A DNA stretch of 64,000 nucleotides from Pristiophorus japonicus (taxonomy: Eukaryota): positions 117,242,001 through 117,306,000 of the forward strand of contig NC_091993.1 in assembly GCF_044704955.1 (NCBI RefSeq). The letters are read 5' to 3'. Made by a program: the position numbers and the translations under genes. This document shows positions 35,741 through 47,800 of this stretch, piece by piece. Below the pieces are notes generated by a model. It worked only from the letters and a program-made list of their open reading frames with translations, did not search any database and was not told where the DNA came from. Position 1 is the first letter of the stretch, and every line of letters starts with the position of its first letter.

Positions 35741-35866
35741 GTCTAACAGGGGATCAGGCTTTATGCATGTAATTACGGTTGTAGTATTTGGAAACACTTC
35801 GCAAGTGGAGATATATCTGTTACAATAAAGAAATACACATTCTTACTTATAACAGTGCGTCTCCCA

Positions 35867-36866
35867 GGCCTGGATTTTGCGGTCAGTGGCAAAGGAACGA
35901 TGCTCACCGTTCACTACACTGACAGCTGCCCACGGAGATTTTGCAACATTTGAGCGTAGACTTGCTGTCATCTGGCAGCTGATCTAGAGCGACGCCCTCT
36001 ACAGGGGATCTGTGGCATCTGTGAGCAAGGCAAGAAACAGCAAGACTCTTCAACGAATCAGATTAAAGAGTCCACACTGAGACACACAGGGGGCTAAATT
36101 GGATAAGCCCCACAAAATGGGCAAAGGGATCGCTATTGAGGATTAACCTGCGCCCATTTATTGCAACCCAGGCAAGGCACCAAATTTGTACCGCTTGTTC
36201 ATTTCCATAGTTTTTGCATGCAGCCAGCGCTCCCCACGCGATTCATTGGTTTGATGCATCATCAGGGGGCCCAATATTCAGAGTGGCTAGCACTACTTCA
36301 ATCTGGCCCTACCTGTGAAAGGTGAGGTGCATTGTGGCTGCTGGTGGGGCTGAGATCATTCTGAATATTGTGCTGTGGAAGAATCAACAATGGCTGACCA
36401 CGGGAGAGAACAAGGTTTTTTGGACACTGCACTGGAGGTCTTGATGGAAGAGATGGAAAGGAGAGAAGTCTTGTATCTTCAGGGTGGGGGTGTGGGTGGG
36501 GGAGTCGGAGACCCTCCAGACACAAGTTCAGAAGGCAGTGGGAAGGGATAGCAGAGGAGATCAATGGTCGAAGTATAGCCCCAGGGACCTGGATGCAGTG
36601 CAGGAAGAAGTTTAATGCTCTCACAAGATTTGTCAAGGTCAGTGAGTGTATCTCCAAATGTCAAATCCTACCAACTGCATCACTAGCCTCCTCCACTGCT
36701 CTATTCACATCACACCCATCACTCATCTACCAACAGTATCTCTCAATCAAGACTCATTCTGAACATTCATATACTGTACCTCACCCTCACACACTTAGCC
36801 CATTTACTCCATCATTCCGGTGAACTCTGTTAGTTTTACTGTCATTCTCAACACAAAATCCGGGCC
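35867..36866 (+). mobile_element. Internally deleted Harbinger-type element with Myb/SANT (MADF-like) exon
   Basis: 13-bp TIR GGCC(T/C)GGATTTTG; WEGIAEEINGRSIAPRTWMQCRKKFNAL at ~36390-36640. Confidence 0.7.
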
Positions 36867-36874
36867 ATTGTTCT

Positions 36875-38403
36875 TGTAATGTATTTGCTTCATGGGTTCT
36901 TTGCTTAAGAATTCATAGCAACACATTGCTATAAAGAACTAGTTGGTTTATTAACAAAAGTTTAACAATCACACTACACATTACCAGTTCATTCACCAGG
37001 CTCACAACCGCATGCCTCATCGTGGATGACCTAGACCCAATTGTCTGGGGTTTTACTGAGTCTTGTGAACATCACGTGCTTTGCTAAGCCACTCACAATG
37101 CAACAGCTCTACAACTATTTGAGTAGAAACTTTAAATTAAGCGCCTAGAAAAGCTCCACAATTATTTTTGTGAATCTATAAATCAAGTGCCCCCTTGTTA
37201 ACAGAGGGCACTAAAGCAGAAAAATTAAACAAATTAAACTTTAAACGTTAACGATCAAATTAAAATTTGGTTTCCGGGGGTGATGATGCACTCCAGTCCC
37301 TCCGGCGTCCACCTCTTGAGGAAGGCCGCGAGCGTACCGGTGGACACCGTGTGCTCCATCTCCAGGGACACCCTGGCTCGGATGTAACCGCGGAAGAACG
37401 GCAGGCAGTCGGGCTGAATGGCTCCCTTGACCGCCCGCTGTCTGGACCGCTTCATGGCCCCTTGGCCAGGTCCAGGAGCAGGCCTACGAGGAGGCCTTCT
37501 GACCTGCCCGCTTCCCTCTGCACCGGGTGCCCAAAGATCAGGAGTGTGGGGCTGAAGTGCAACCAGAATTTGAGGAGCAGCCCCTTCAAATAATGGAATA
37601 GGGGCTGCAACCTCGTACATTCCATAAAAACGTGGAACACGGACTCCTCCAGACCGCAGAAATTACCGGCGGCAGCATAAGCTCTACAACTCTTTTGGTT
37701 GTAAACAAATTAATCCATTAAATCAAGTTTCCCCTGCTTAAAGGGGGGGGGGGGGGGTCCGGGGGCGGGGGTGGGGGGGTGTTATTCCAAACATTTTTCA
37801 AGTGCGCTTTTTTTTTTGTTTTTTTTTTTGTGTTTTTTTAGGGCACCGAGAGACAAATTATACAAATGCCCCCTGACTGGGGGGGACACTAAAATCTGGC
37901 AATAAAACAAATTAAACATTAAAACATATAAAATCAAATTAAAATTTGGTTGCCGGGGGTAACGATGCACTCCAGTCCCTCCGGCGCCCACCTCTCGCGG
38001 AAGGCCGCAAGCGTACCGGTGGACACCGCGTGCTCCATCTCCAGGGACACCCTGGCCCGGATATAAGCACGGAAGAGAAGCAGGCAGTCAGGCTGAATGA
38101 CCCCCTCAACCGCCCGCTGCCTGGACCGGCTGATGGCACCCTTGGCCGTGCCCAGGAGCAGTCCTACGAGGAGGCCTTCGGGCCTACCCGCTCCCCTCCG
38201 CACAAGGTGCCCAAAGATCAGGAGTGTGGGGCTGAAGTGCAACCAAAATTTGAGGAGCAGCCCCTTCAAATAATGGAATAAGGGGCTGCAACCTCACACA
38301 TTCAATAAAAACATGGAACACGGACTTCTCCAGATCGCAGAAATTACCAGCGGCAGCAACAGCTCTGCAACCTCTGAGCATACTCACAGGTGCATGCATT
38401 ATA
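36875..38403 (-). mobile_element. Solo LTR of the same family as 5363-5630, interrupted by Tx1-like insertions
   Basis: 36875-37116 and 38356-38403 align to the intact copy; flanks GTTCT/GTTCC. Confidence 0.8.
37117..38355 (-). mobile_element. Two tandem 5'-truncated Tx1/L1-group LINE 3' ends, plus a possible 34-bp third remnant
   Basis: ORF2 C-terminal C..FCGLEESVFHVFMEC zinc-finger and ...FRERWAPEGLEC tail in both copies; different 3' UTRs with GC hairpins; separated by repeated target sequence. Confidence 0.75.
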
Positions 38404-38812
38404 GTTCCATCCCATGTAAAAGTGCAACATATTATTAACTTCCAATGCATGAATAGGTCAAGTGGCCGATTTCGTAAAGAATATTGTTCATGTGTTTGTG
38501 ATATTTTCAGGCTTACAAAATTGACACAATAATTGTAACAAAATATGAAACAAGAAGTCAAGTTGTGCAGACAGGAATTGGGCACACAGATATATTATTA
38601 CTAAGATGCAGACAGAGAGACAACAACTTAAAGGATGCAGCCAGAGTTTCGGTTTTGATTTTTCCTCCACTAATTAAATGGTCAAGTTGATTTCATGTCG
38701 AAATCCATTTTATTATTTACAATTGATAAAAATAAATGTGCAAAGCTGGATGAATAATGAATGTTTGATCAGGACACAATATTCCATCAAGGTCGATGTA
38801 ACCAGGGAATCA

Positions 38813-38860
38813 TCACTTTACCACATTGGTCAAGCTGTGACGAACCGATTCATTGAGTAA
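38813..38860 (-). CDS. Probable gene B terminal exon LLNESVRHSLTNVVK*
   Basis: Acceptor ttttctttttcag, phase 0 as required, TGA at 38815-38813, AATAAA ~100 nt downstream (38709-38714). An alternative weaker acceptor exists at ~39350. Confidence 0.55.
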   Translation of the reverse strand, partial: LLNESVRHSLTNVVK

Positions 38861-41800
38861 CTGAAAAAGAAAATATTTAAGGCGTCAGATTCATTGATTC
38901 TGAGAATGATGCATTGTTTTACATGTCAGTTCTGAACAGAATTCCAACAAATGGAGGAGAAGCTTGAGATGGACTGGAGCTGTGTTGAGATCACAATCCT
39001 CCCTCCCCTATCACTATTGCACATGTGATGGGAAAAGGTGCTAGTTGGGCCCCTCTTGAAAACATGTAACACCATTTACTCACATGCAACAAGTGTTTCC
39101 CTGCAGCTTAGATGGTGGACAATTCACAGGAGAAAAAGATTGACTTGGCTACTTTGTTAAACACATTTTCGACCGTTTAGTCGAGGTTCCCAGCAACAAT
39201 AGCACTGGGTCTGTGTCTGAGCACCTTGGTGCTCGACCGGACACGTTTAACTGTCTGTGTTCTTGTGTGAAAACCATTGTCTCTGGTGCTCGACAGCAAA
39301 GTGCTTTTTTTTAGCCTTTCCCATTTCCTCCCTTCCGTTTCTTGTAACGACTGTTTTATATCAATGGAATGAAAGTCGGAGGGTTCTATAACGGGCGGGT
39401 TACATAGGAACAAAGCAACAGGAGCAGCCCATTCAACCCTTTGAGCCTGTTCCACCGTATAACTGGATCACAGCTGATCAGTGGCACAACTCCATTTACC
39501 CGCCTTTGATCCATACCCTTTGATGATCTTACCCAACAAATATCTAGTGATCTCAGCTGTGAAAATTTCAATTGGCCCTGCATCCACAGCCAGTTCCAGG
39601 TTCCCACAACCCTTTGTGGGAAAAAGTGCTTCCTAATTCTACTCCTAAATGGTTTAGCTCTAATTTTTAGATTATGCCCCCTTGTGGGGATTCCCCCACC
39701 ACGCAAGTAATTTCTCCCTATCTAGTCTATCGAATCCCTTAATAATTTTAAATTCTTTGATTATTTCAACCCTCAACCTTCTAAGCTCTAGGGAATACAA
39801 CCAAGTTTATGTAATCTCTCCTCATAATTGAACACTTTAAGCCCGAGTATCAGTCTGGTGAATTTGCACTGCAGTCCCTCCAAGGCCAGTATTTCTTTCC
39901 TGAGGTTTGGTGCCCGAAACTGAACACAGAACTCCAGGTGGGGTCTGACCAAGGCTCTGTACAACTGAAACAATTTTGAATTCCAATCCCCATAAAATGA
40001 AGGCCAACTTCCCATTAGCCTTTTTGATTACTTTTTGCACATGTGCCCTAGCTTTCAGTGACTTGTGTACATCGACATCTAAATCTCTTTACTTCTCCAG
40101 ATCCTCTAGTGTATCATCCTGGAGAAAATATTCCGATTTTTCTTCCTCTGATCCAAAGGGGATGATCTCACGCTTCCCCACATTGAACTCCACCTGCCAT
40201 AGCTTTGCCCACTCACTTAGTCTGTCTATGTCCTCAGGTAACTTCCTGCTCCCATCCGCACAATTCACGCTCTAGAACGGGAGGGGGATCCGCTCCTCAG
40301 AATTACCGCCTATGCTGTAATATATTGAAGATATTGGCCCTGAAATTCCGATGTCCCGGGTCTGTACGAAGTTTATACGGACCCGGGAAGGCTTCGAAAA
40401 AGCAGTTTTTCAGTGTGCAATGCGCATGCGCAGAAAACCGGCTTTTCCGATCTGTCATTTTTCTGGTTTGACAGATCCATTGCATATCGGGAGCGAGGAC
40501 ACTGGCAGGGCAAAATTTCCGATATTTACGAATATCTTGCCCTGCAAATGTTCTTTAAAATCTTGCGCCTGAAAAAGCAGGCGTATAGCCTACTTTTACA
40601 GGCGCAAGTGTTTAAAAATACACACAAACATTTTAAAATAACGTTATAAAAACACATTTTGTTGTTAAAAACCCTCCCCACTACAGTAAGTTTATTTTAA
40701 GGTTTAATTAAAAAAACTTTTTAAAAAGTCGGGAAAATAATTTGTTTTGTAACAACTTTAATTTAAATGAATGTGAAATATGTAGTGTATTTTCTATTTT
40801 TTATTGTGTTTTGGGGGGGTTTCGCATTCATAGTAATAGGAGTTCCAGACTTATGGAACTCCTATTACTATGAATGAGAATCTACACTACACCTTATTGG
40901 CTGCTGTCTCCAGATCCTGGCCTGCGCACGTCCCCACGTGCATGCGCTGCGCGTGCAGTCACCAGATGCCTCAGGCTCGGAAGTTCCAACGGGCGCAGCA
41001 GCAACAGGTAACTGCGCATATTTTTTCTCTTCTTCTGTCGTTTGCCCGCGGGAAAAGCTCAAACGGAATTTCAGGGCCAATAAGTTACCCCAGTGACACC
41101 AATTAGAGATAAAGCGCTTGCCATGTTGAGTTCTGTAAACTGGATTGAGCCTGTTTGGCCAAGGACTACAACACATAATCTAGGCTGGCACTGCAGTGTC
41201 GTGCAGAGGTATCGCTCTATTGTCGGATGATGCATCAACTGCAGGCCTCGTCTGCTTGTACAGGTAAAGCTAAAAGATCCTACGGCAGCATTTGAAGAAG
41301 AGCAGAGGTGTTCGCCAAAACAAACTATCTGGTCATTTATCCCTTTTGCTGTTTGGGGGTCTTTGCTGTGTGCAAATGTTCTGCCCCTCTTGACTATGTA
41401 ACAAAAATAATTACTTGGATGTAAAGAGCTTGGGACATCTTGAAGACATGAGAGGCTCTGTGTAAATATTATTACAAGAACCACAGTGATAAAGTGAAAC
41501 TTTCATTTATTGGTGGAAGTTATCCTGGACTAATACTGCTCATCACTTCTGGATGGATGCAGCCACAACAAGGGCTCAAGAAGCCCGAAGACATCCAGAA
41601 CCAGCAATCCACTGGATTTTGCCTACATTACAACAGGAACACTTCAAAACTAACTCATATTGGCTGCAAAATGCTTTGTTTCGTCCTGAGGATATGAAAG
41701 GGTTTATATCAATGCAAGTTTTTCTTTATAGTATCTGCGATCAATATTTTTGAAAGAATTGATGGAGTGATTCATTTAAAGTCCGTAAACCCTACCTTCG

Positions 41801-44800
41801 ATTTTCTCGTACACCTTGTGACTGAAATAGTACAAATCACCAGGAGAGCAAAGAGCAGCCAGCGTCCCACATTCCATATAATGTAACTGAGCAAAAGGGA
41901 ACAAATACAAAATCATTCGAAGCAAACGAGTCTGCTTTGTGTTTGAAACATTTATCATCTGTTTACACTGTAATCTTAGTATAGTGCATCAATGTAAAGC
42001 TGCAGAGCCAAGGGACGTTAACTGGGAAAGTAAACTAGTGTTTACGTTATGGAGGAAAGTCAACCTTGTGATCATTAGATAAAGATCAAATGAAGCAAAC
42101 TTCATTAACATGTGCACAATGTATAGCTGCAATGGTAAGCCACAATTTTATAATTGAGGACTTTATAAAAGTGACTGGCCAGCTGAGGGAAGCATCGCTG
42201 CCTGGGGCCATGTAGCAATGGTGAGATATCTCCTCAGGGAGTAAGGATAGTCAGAGTAGCATCACCCTACACTGCTCTTATGCACCTTCTAACAGGCAAT
42301 TGCTGAATAGCTGGAATCAGATATCCTTCCTACCCTCTCAGTTTGGGAACTGTGTCTCACGTCGGGGAACTGAGAAGGGGAAAAAGACAACTTTTTTGTC
42401 AGTACCAGAACAGATAAGGGGCAAGGAAAACTGACATTGCGGTTCTTTGGTAAGTGCAACTCCATGAGATTATGTTAACGGTGAAGTAATCAAGTTGAAT
42501 AATGAAAAAAGCCCCATCTAAGTAGCAGCAAAATGGAAGTGCTTACTTGTTATTCTTATTTTCCAGCAACAAAGACAGCACCTTGGTTAGGAAGCTAACA
42601 CAACATGATGTCAACTCAGTCACCATTCCCATTCTGAGGAGCTACATTCCAAAATAATACATGATTATCAACCCTTATGACAAAACTATTAAAGAATATT
42701 TAATCTCTCACATGGAAGCAATGCTAATCAGAACACCAGCGATGAGAACATTGTACCTTTTCGTCAATTTGGATCCTGAAGAATGGTTTCGATTATCAGT
42801 GGAAATTATATTTGTATTTGTGGAATGTGCAGTTGTTGGTGATACTATTGAAACACCTTCACAAGAATATTCAGGTCCTTTTGAAACAAGGGAACAAAAT
42901 TCAGATTCATCTAATTTTCACTAGTAGTCAACCAAGAGAGCACGATTGTCAAACGGAACCTCAATACTTGGCTGCTAGAAATTAAATTATCCAAATCTAT
43001 GCTGTGTAATTGCCCTTCTCTGGCAGCAAGGAGAGATGTTGCTGTCACCTGACCATGGCCCATATTACTGATAATATACTATTGGGACAGTTAAAGGGCT
43101 CAGGTTGGTGCGATTACAAACCAGGTATCCCCGCGCAAGTGTAAAGGAAAGTTCTAGCCAGAGAGTCGGTCTCTGCCACCACCAGAAAATGTATTCTGTG
43201 GTCCGAGCAAGTGCAATTGTGTCCTGGAAAGTGTCCTCAGTGGAAAAGGAATGTCAGCTGTGCATTGAGTGCAGAGGGAAATATTAGACCAGGAATTACT
43301 GCTGTCAATATTAGTGGACAAGCAGATACATTTCAGATGGCATTTCATTGTCAAAAGATTGTTTCTGTTAAATTAATCAGCAGATGAATGTCACACAAAC
43401 ACATTGAACAGACGCCTGCTAATATTGGCCATGGTCATTTCCTGCCTCTTGGGCTGGGTTTTCTGAGCTTGCGGTAGTAACAGCAAACGACACACACCAT
43501 GCAGGGGATCTCGCATATCAGGGACTGGCTCACAATCACAATAGATCATCGTCCGCCATTTCTGCCACCTCCAGCATGATCCCACCACCAAACGCATCTT
43601 CCCCTCCCCTCCCAACATTCCGAAGCTGGCGCACCCTCCGCGACACCCTTGTCCGCTCCACAAACACCCCCAGCACCCCCTCCCCTTCCCACGACACCTT
43701 CCTGTGCAAGCACAAGAGATGCAACACCTGCCCTTTTACCTCCTCCCTTCCCACTTTCCAAGGCCCAAAATACTCCTTCCAGGTGAATCAGCGGGTTACT
43801 TGTACTTATTTCAATTTAGTATCTTGCATTCGTTGATCACGATGTGGTCTCCGCTACATTGGGGAGACCTAACGCAGATTGGGTGACTGCTTTGCAAAAC
43901 ATCTCCATTCAGTCCGTAAGTGTGACCCTACGCTTCCTGTCGCCTGTCATTTCAACTCTCCGCTCCACTCCACTCCAACTGGGATCTCTCAGTCCTCGGT
44001 CTCCTAGACTGTTCCAATGGAGCTCAACGCAAGCTCGAGGTACAGCTTCTCATCTTTTGTATAGGCACTTTACAGTCATCAGGACTCAACATCAAGTTTA
44101 ATAATTTCAGATCATAATCTCTGACCATATATTTTCCCTTTTTTTAAAAAGCATTCCTTTCTCTCTCCTTCCCATGGCAGCTGGTGATGATTCTGCCATT
44201 CATATCCCATTTAGTTGTTGCTTAACTTGTTCCATTACCATCTCAGTTTTGCCCATCATCCCTTTAGTCTCTTTAATCTCTCCTGCCTTCCACCCTATCA
44301 CAGACCTTCCCTTTTGTTCTTTCCTCCCCTCCCCCTTTCACTGCCACTGCACGTCTTTAAGAATTTGTTACATCTAAAACTTTTCCAGGTCTGATGAAGG
44401 GTCACAGACCCGAAAAGTGAACTCTGTTTCTCTCCACAGATGCTGCTTGACCTACTGAGATTTCCAGTATTTTCTGTTCATATTTCTGGCTCACAAACGG
44501 TTTGGATCGACATTCATTGAAAAATTAATGTTGTTTGTTCAAAGTAACACATACCAATGCCACTGATTTGTGTCACATAACTGCAGTGCTTCCCTGCTCT
44601 GTTGAAGACTGTCACATCGACCGTTTCACTGGATTTCTCTCCCTGATTATTTGAGGCTGTGCAGTAATATTGATGATGTTGCTGTTTGAAGGATTGACAA
44701 TGTAGATCCAGTTTATTGGTGTCGGAGATCTTTGAATCTTTAATCGGGGTCTGTTCATACCATGTGTACTGAATGGGAAGGGATCCCTGGACAGACTCAC

Positions 44801-47800
44801 AGGATACTGACACTGAGCCCCCAAAACATGAGACATTTGGTGGCGATAAATATCTAAGTACAGGAACTGAGACGGATTCTGTGGGAAAGAAACAAACATT
44901 CAGATACTGACTGAACATTTAAAAATCAAACACTCTCCAATTTTCAGCACTTCTGCATCTCAGCCAGGGCCTGCCATGTTGGAATCTCACCAGCACATCT
45001 CCCTCTCCATGTCTCTCCATCCTCCCAGCAGCCTGAACTACCATGTCTGCCATTATATCAGAAGATAGCAGGGCTCCAGATCGGGACAGCAACAATGATA
45101 CCGAGGATGTGTCAATGTGAAAATCAGAGCTAACAATTTCTCTCAGTAGCAGGTAGCCAGCCTCCAATGTTGTTTCATTGTTTGACTCTCGAATGTGAAC
45201 AAGTTGGAGAGAGTCCAAGAAAACTGAAGCAGAATATGAAGGCAAAAATCTGGCAGATATCTGTTACATGTTTTGTGGGTCTAGTTCACTTTTCTACTCA
45301 CACGCACAGATCGATTGAAAAATGAGCAGGAAGTCCTGAACATAGGAAAGGGAATAGGCCATTCAGCCCGTCGAGCCTGTTCTGCCATTCAATTAGATCG
45401 CGGATGATCAATATCTGAAGTACCCACCTTGGTTCCATAACCCTTAATACCCTTGTCTAAATCTGTCAATCTCAGTTTTGACATTTTCAATTGCTCCCCA
45501 GCCTCAACAGCTTTTTGTGGTAGAGACTACCCTTTGTATGAACAAATGTTTCCTGACGTTACCCTCAAGATGCGCTTCAGTTGCCTGGACAGATCCGGAG
45601 GCGCCCTTCAGTGCTCACCAGCCTGGGCCTACAGAATGATGGTGGTTTGCTGCGCTCTGCACAACACTGCGCAGCAGCGAGATTGGAGCTGCAGGAGGAA
45701 CAAGGAGCTGAGCACACGTTGTCTGCGGACCATTCCGGGACAGAGGAGGAAGATAAGAAGTGGAGCAGGAGGAGGAAGAGGAGGAGGAGATTGCGACCCT
45801 AACGCAGCAGCTGTCCCGGCCATCACTCTCTGTTCTTGCTCACTTCTGCAGTGTGAGTCTCCAGGTGAAAACACAACTATCTGTCTAATTGGACCCACTG
45901 AAGTGTGAGTATCTGCGTTGGTGCCTGGTAAGCATGAGTCCTGTGATGGTGCACCCTCAGAAAGAATCACCTCCTCTGAGGATTCGTCGTCTGCGAGGTG
46001 CACTGACTGCTGCTGCACGTGTGAAGGACCTGGCAGGGAGAAAAAATATGAATTAGTACTGGCAAGTTAAGAATGTTGCAACCTATCATTATGAAAATGA
46101 TTATATCTGACTCTGCTGAAACCAGGTCAACATGATTGAGTGTTGCATGACATGTGGGTTCATGATATTTAATTCTGTCACCAGGTAGCTGAGAGGTCCC
46201 CATCTCCAATGGCCAGGGACACCGGGTTGCCACTGATCTTCAGCGCTTCCACCTCTGCATTTGTTAGCTATGAGATCTGTGGAGGACCACCTGTGGTTCT
46301 CTCTCGCTCCCGAGTGTTCTGCACTTTCTTCTCCTGCAACGGGGGAAAGAACAGACCCATGAGTGACTGTAGTGGCATGTGTTCACCCGATGGATGTCGT
46401 GCATATGGTGAGGGTGACTATCAGTGAGAGGCATGAAACTGCATAAGAATCAGGATGGGAGGGAGTGGTGGATGGAGAGATGGGGATGAGAGGAATTGCA
46501 TAGAAAGAGAAGTTTGGGTGTGTATGCAAGGTAAGTGGGTATGAGGAGCGATATGATGCAGTAGATTTGATAAGACAGGGTGAGGGGGTGGTTTATATGT
46601 ACAATGGGTAGTCGGTGAATGAGCAGCTGTACTCACCTTTCCTAACCTGGTTAGGTCATTAAAGAGCTTCTTGGTGTTAGCAGCAGTAGCGTTGTGAAAG
46701 TGGGGCGCAGGCTTTGAGCGTCCTGAGTTTATCTTCTACGATTGCTGTCTATGTTCCCAACCTCCCAACTCCTAGAATTCCATCTTTGGATTGGTTCTTT
46801 AAATACTTGAGTTAAGATTACATCATGCATGTCTGCACCACTCCCACTACCGCACATACGATGCAAAACCCGGGAGTAAATTATTATCGGCCGGCTGTGT
46901 TAAAATGCATTAAAATGCCACAGACAGACGCACTGTCCAGAACCAGGGGACACAGTCTTAAGATAAGGGATAGGCCATTTAGGACTGAGATGAGGAGAAA
47001 CTTCTTCACTCAGAGAGTTGTTAACCTGCGGAACTCCCTACCACAGAGAGTTGTTGATGCCAGTTCATTGGATATATTCAAGAGGGAGTTAGATATGGCC
47101 CTTACAGCTAAAGGGATCAAGGGGTATGGAGAGAAAGCAGGAAAGGGTATTGAGGGAATGATCAGCCATGATCTTATTGAATGGTGGTGCAGGCTCGAAG
47201 GGCTGAATGGCCTACTCCTGCACCTATTTTCTATGTTTCTATGTAATTACTTCTGGGTTTCCCAGGCGATATCGGATCCCCTGCACCGAATACGTCTCGA
47301 AGTTAATATCCAGACCATTGCATCTTATAGTTGATCCATCAGGAGGTTATGCTGGGGAGGAAGATAATGTCTCAACATTTAATAAAGAGGCTTCTTTTAC
47401 CATCAAAACAGTGACCAGCTTTTCAATTTTCTTTTATATTGTTTGTAAAGTTGACCAATTATCTCATTGATGATGTGAGCCATCCATCATATCAGGAAAC
47501 CAGAAAATTAGTTAAGCTCTGTAGATTATAGGTATTTTTTATTAATTTCAAGGAATTTATTCCATTAGTAATGATTTGCTGCTCACTACTTTTGTTATTG
47601 TCTGACTATAAGTTTCATCGTGGGTCCCCTCGACCTGTGCGAGAACACCACCTCAGGTTGTGGCTATAAATAGAGCTTGCCCTGGAACATTGTGGTCGAA
47701 GGTGCAGGTAATGAGGGTATGGGGCCCAGAAGAGTCAAGGGCCCATGGGCAGCACGGGCCAGCCCACACTGTGTGCGCACTAGGTCTGTGCAGCAGAGCA

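Noticed and set aside
39177-39350. Alternative gene B terminal exon (SLQETEGRKW...AGNLD*)
   Set aside because: In phase, but the acceptor has a poor pyrimidine tract; 38813-38860 has a stronger acceptor and a nearby AATAAA. Not fully excluded; either tail is Tyr-free.
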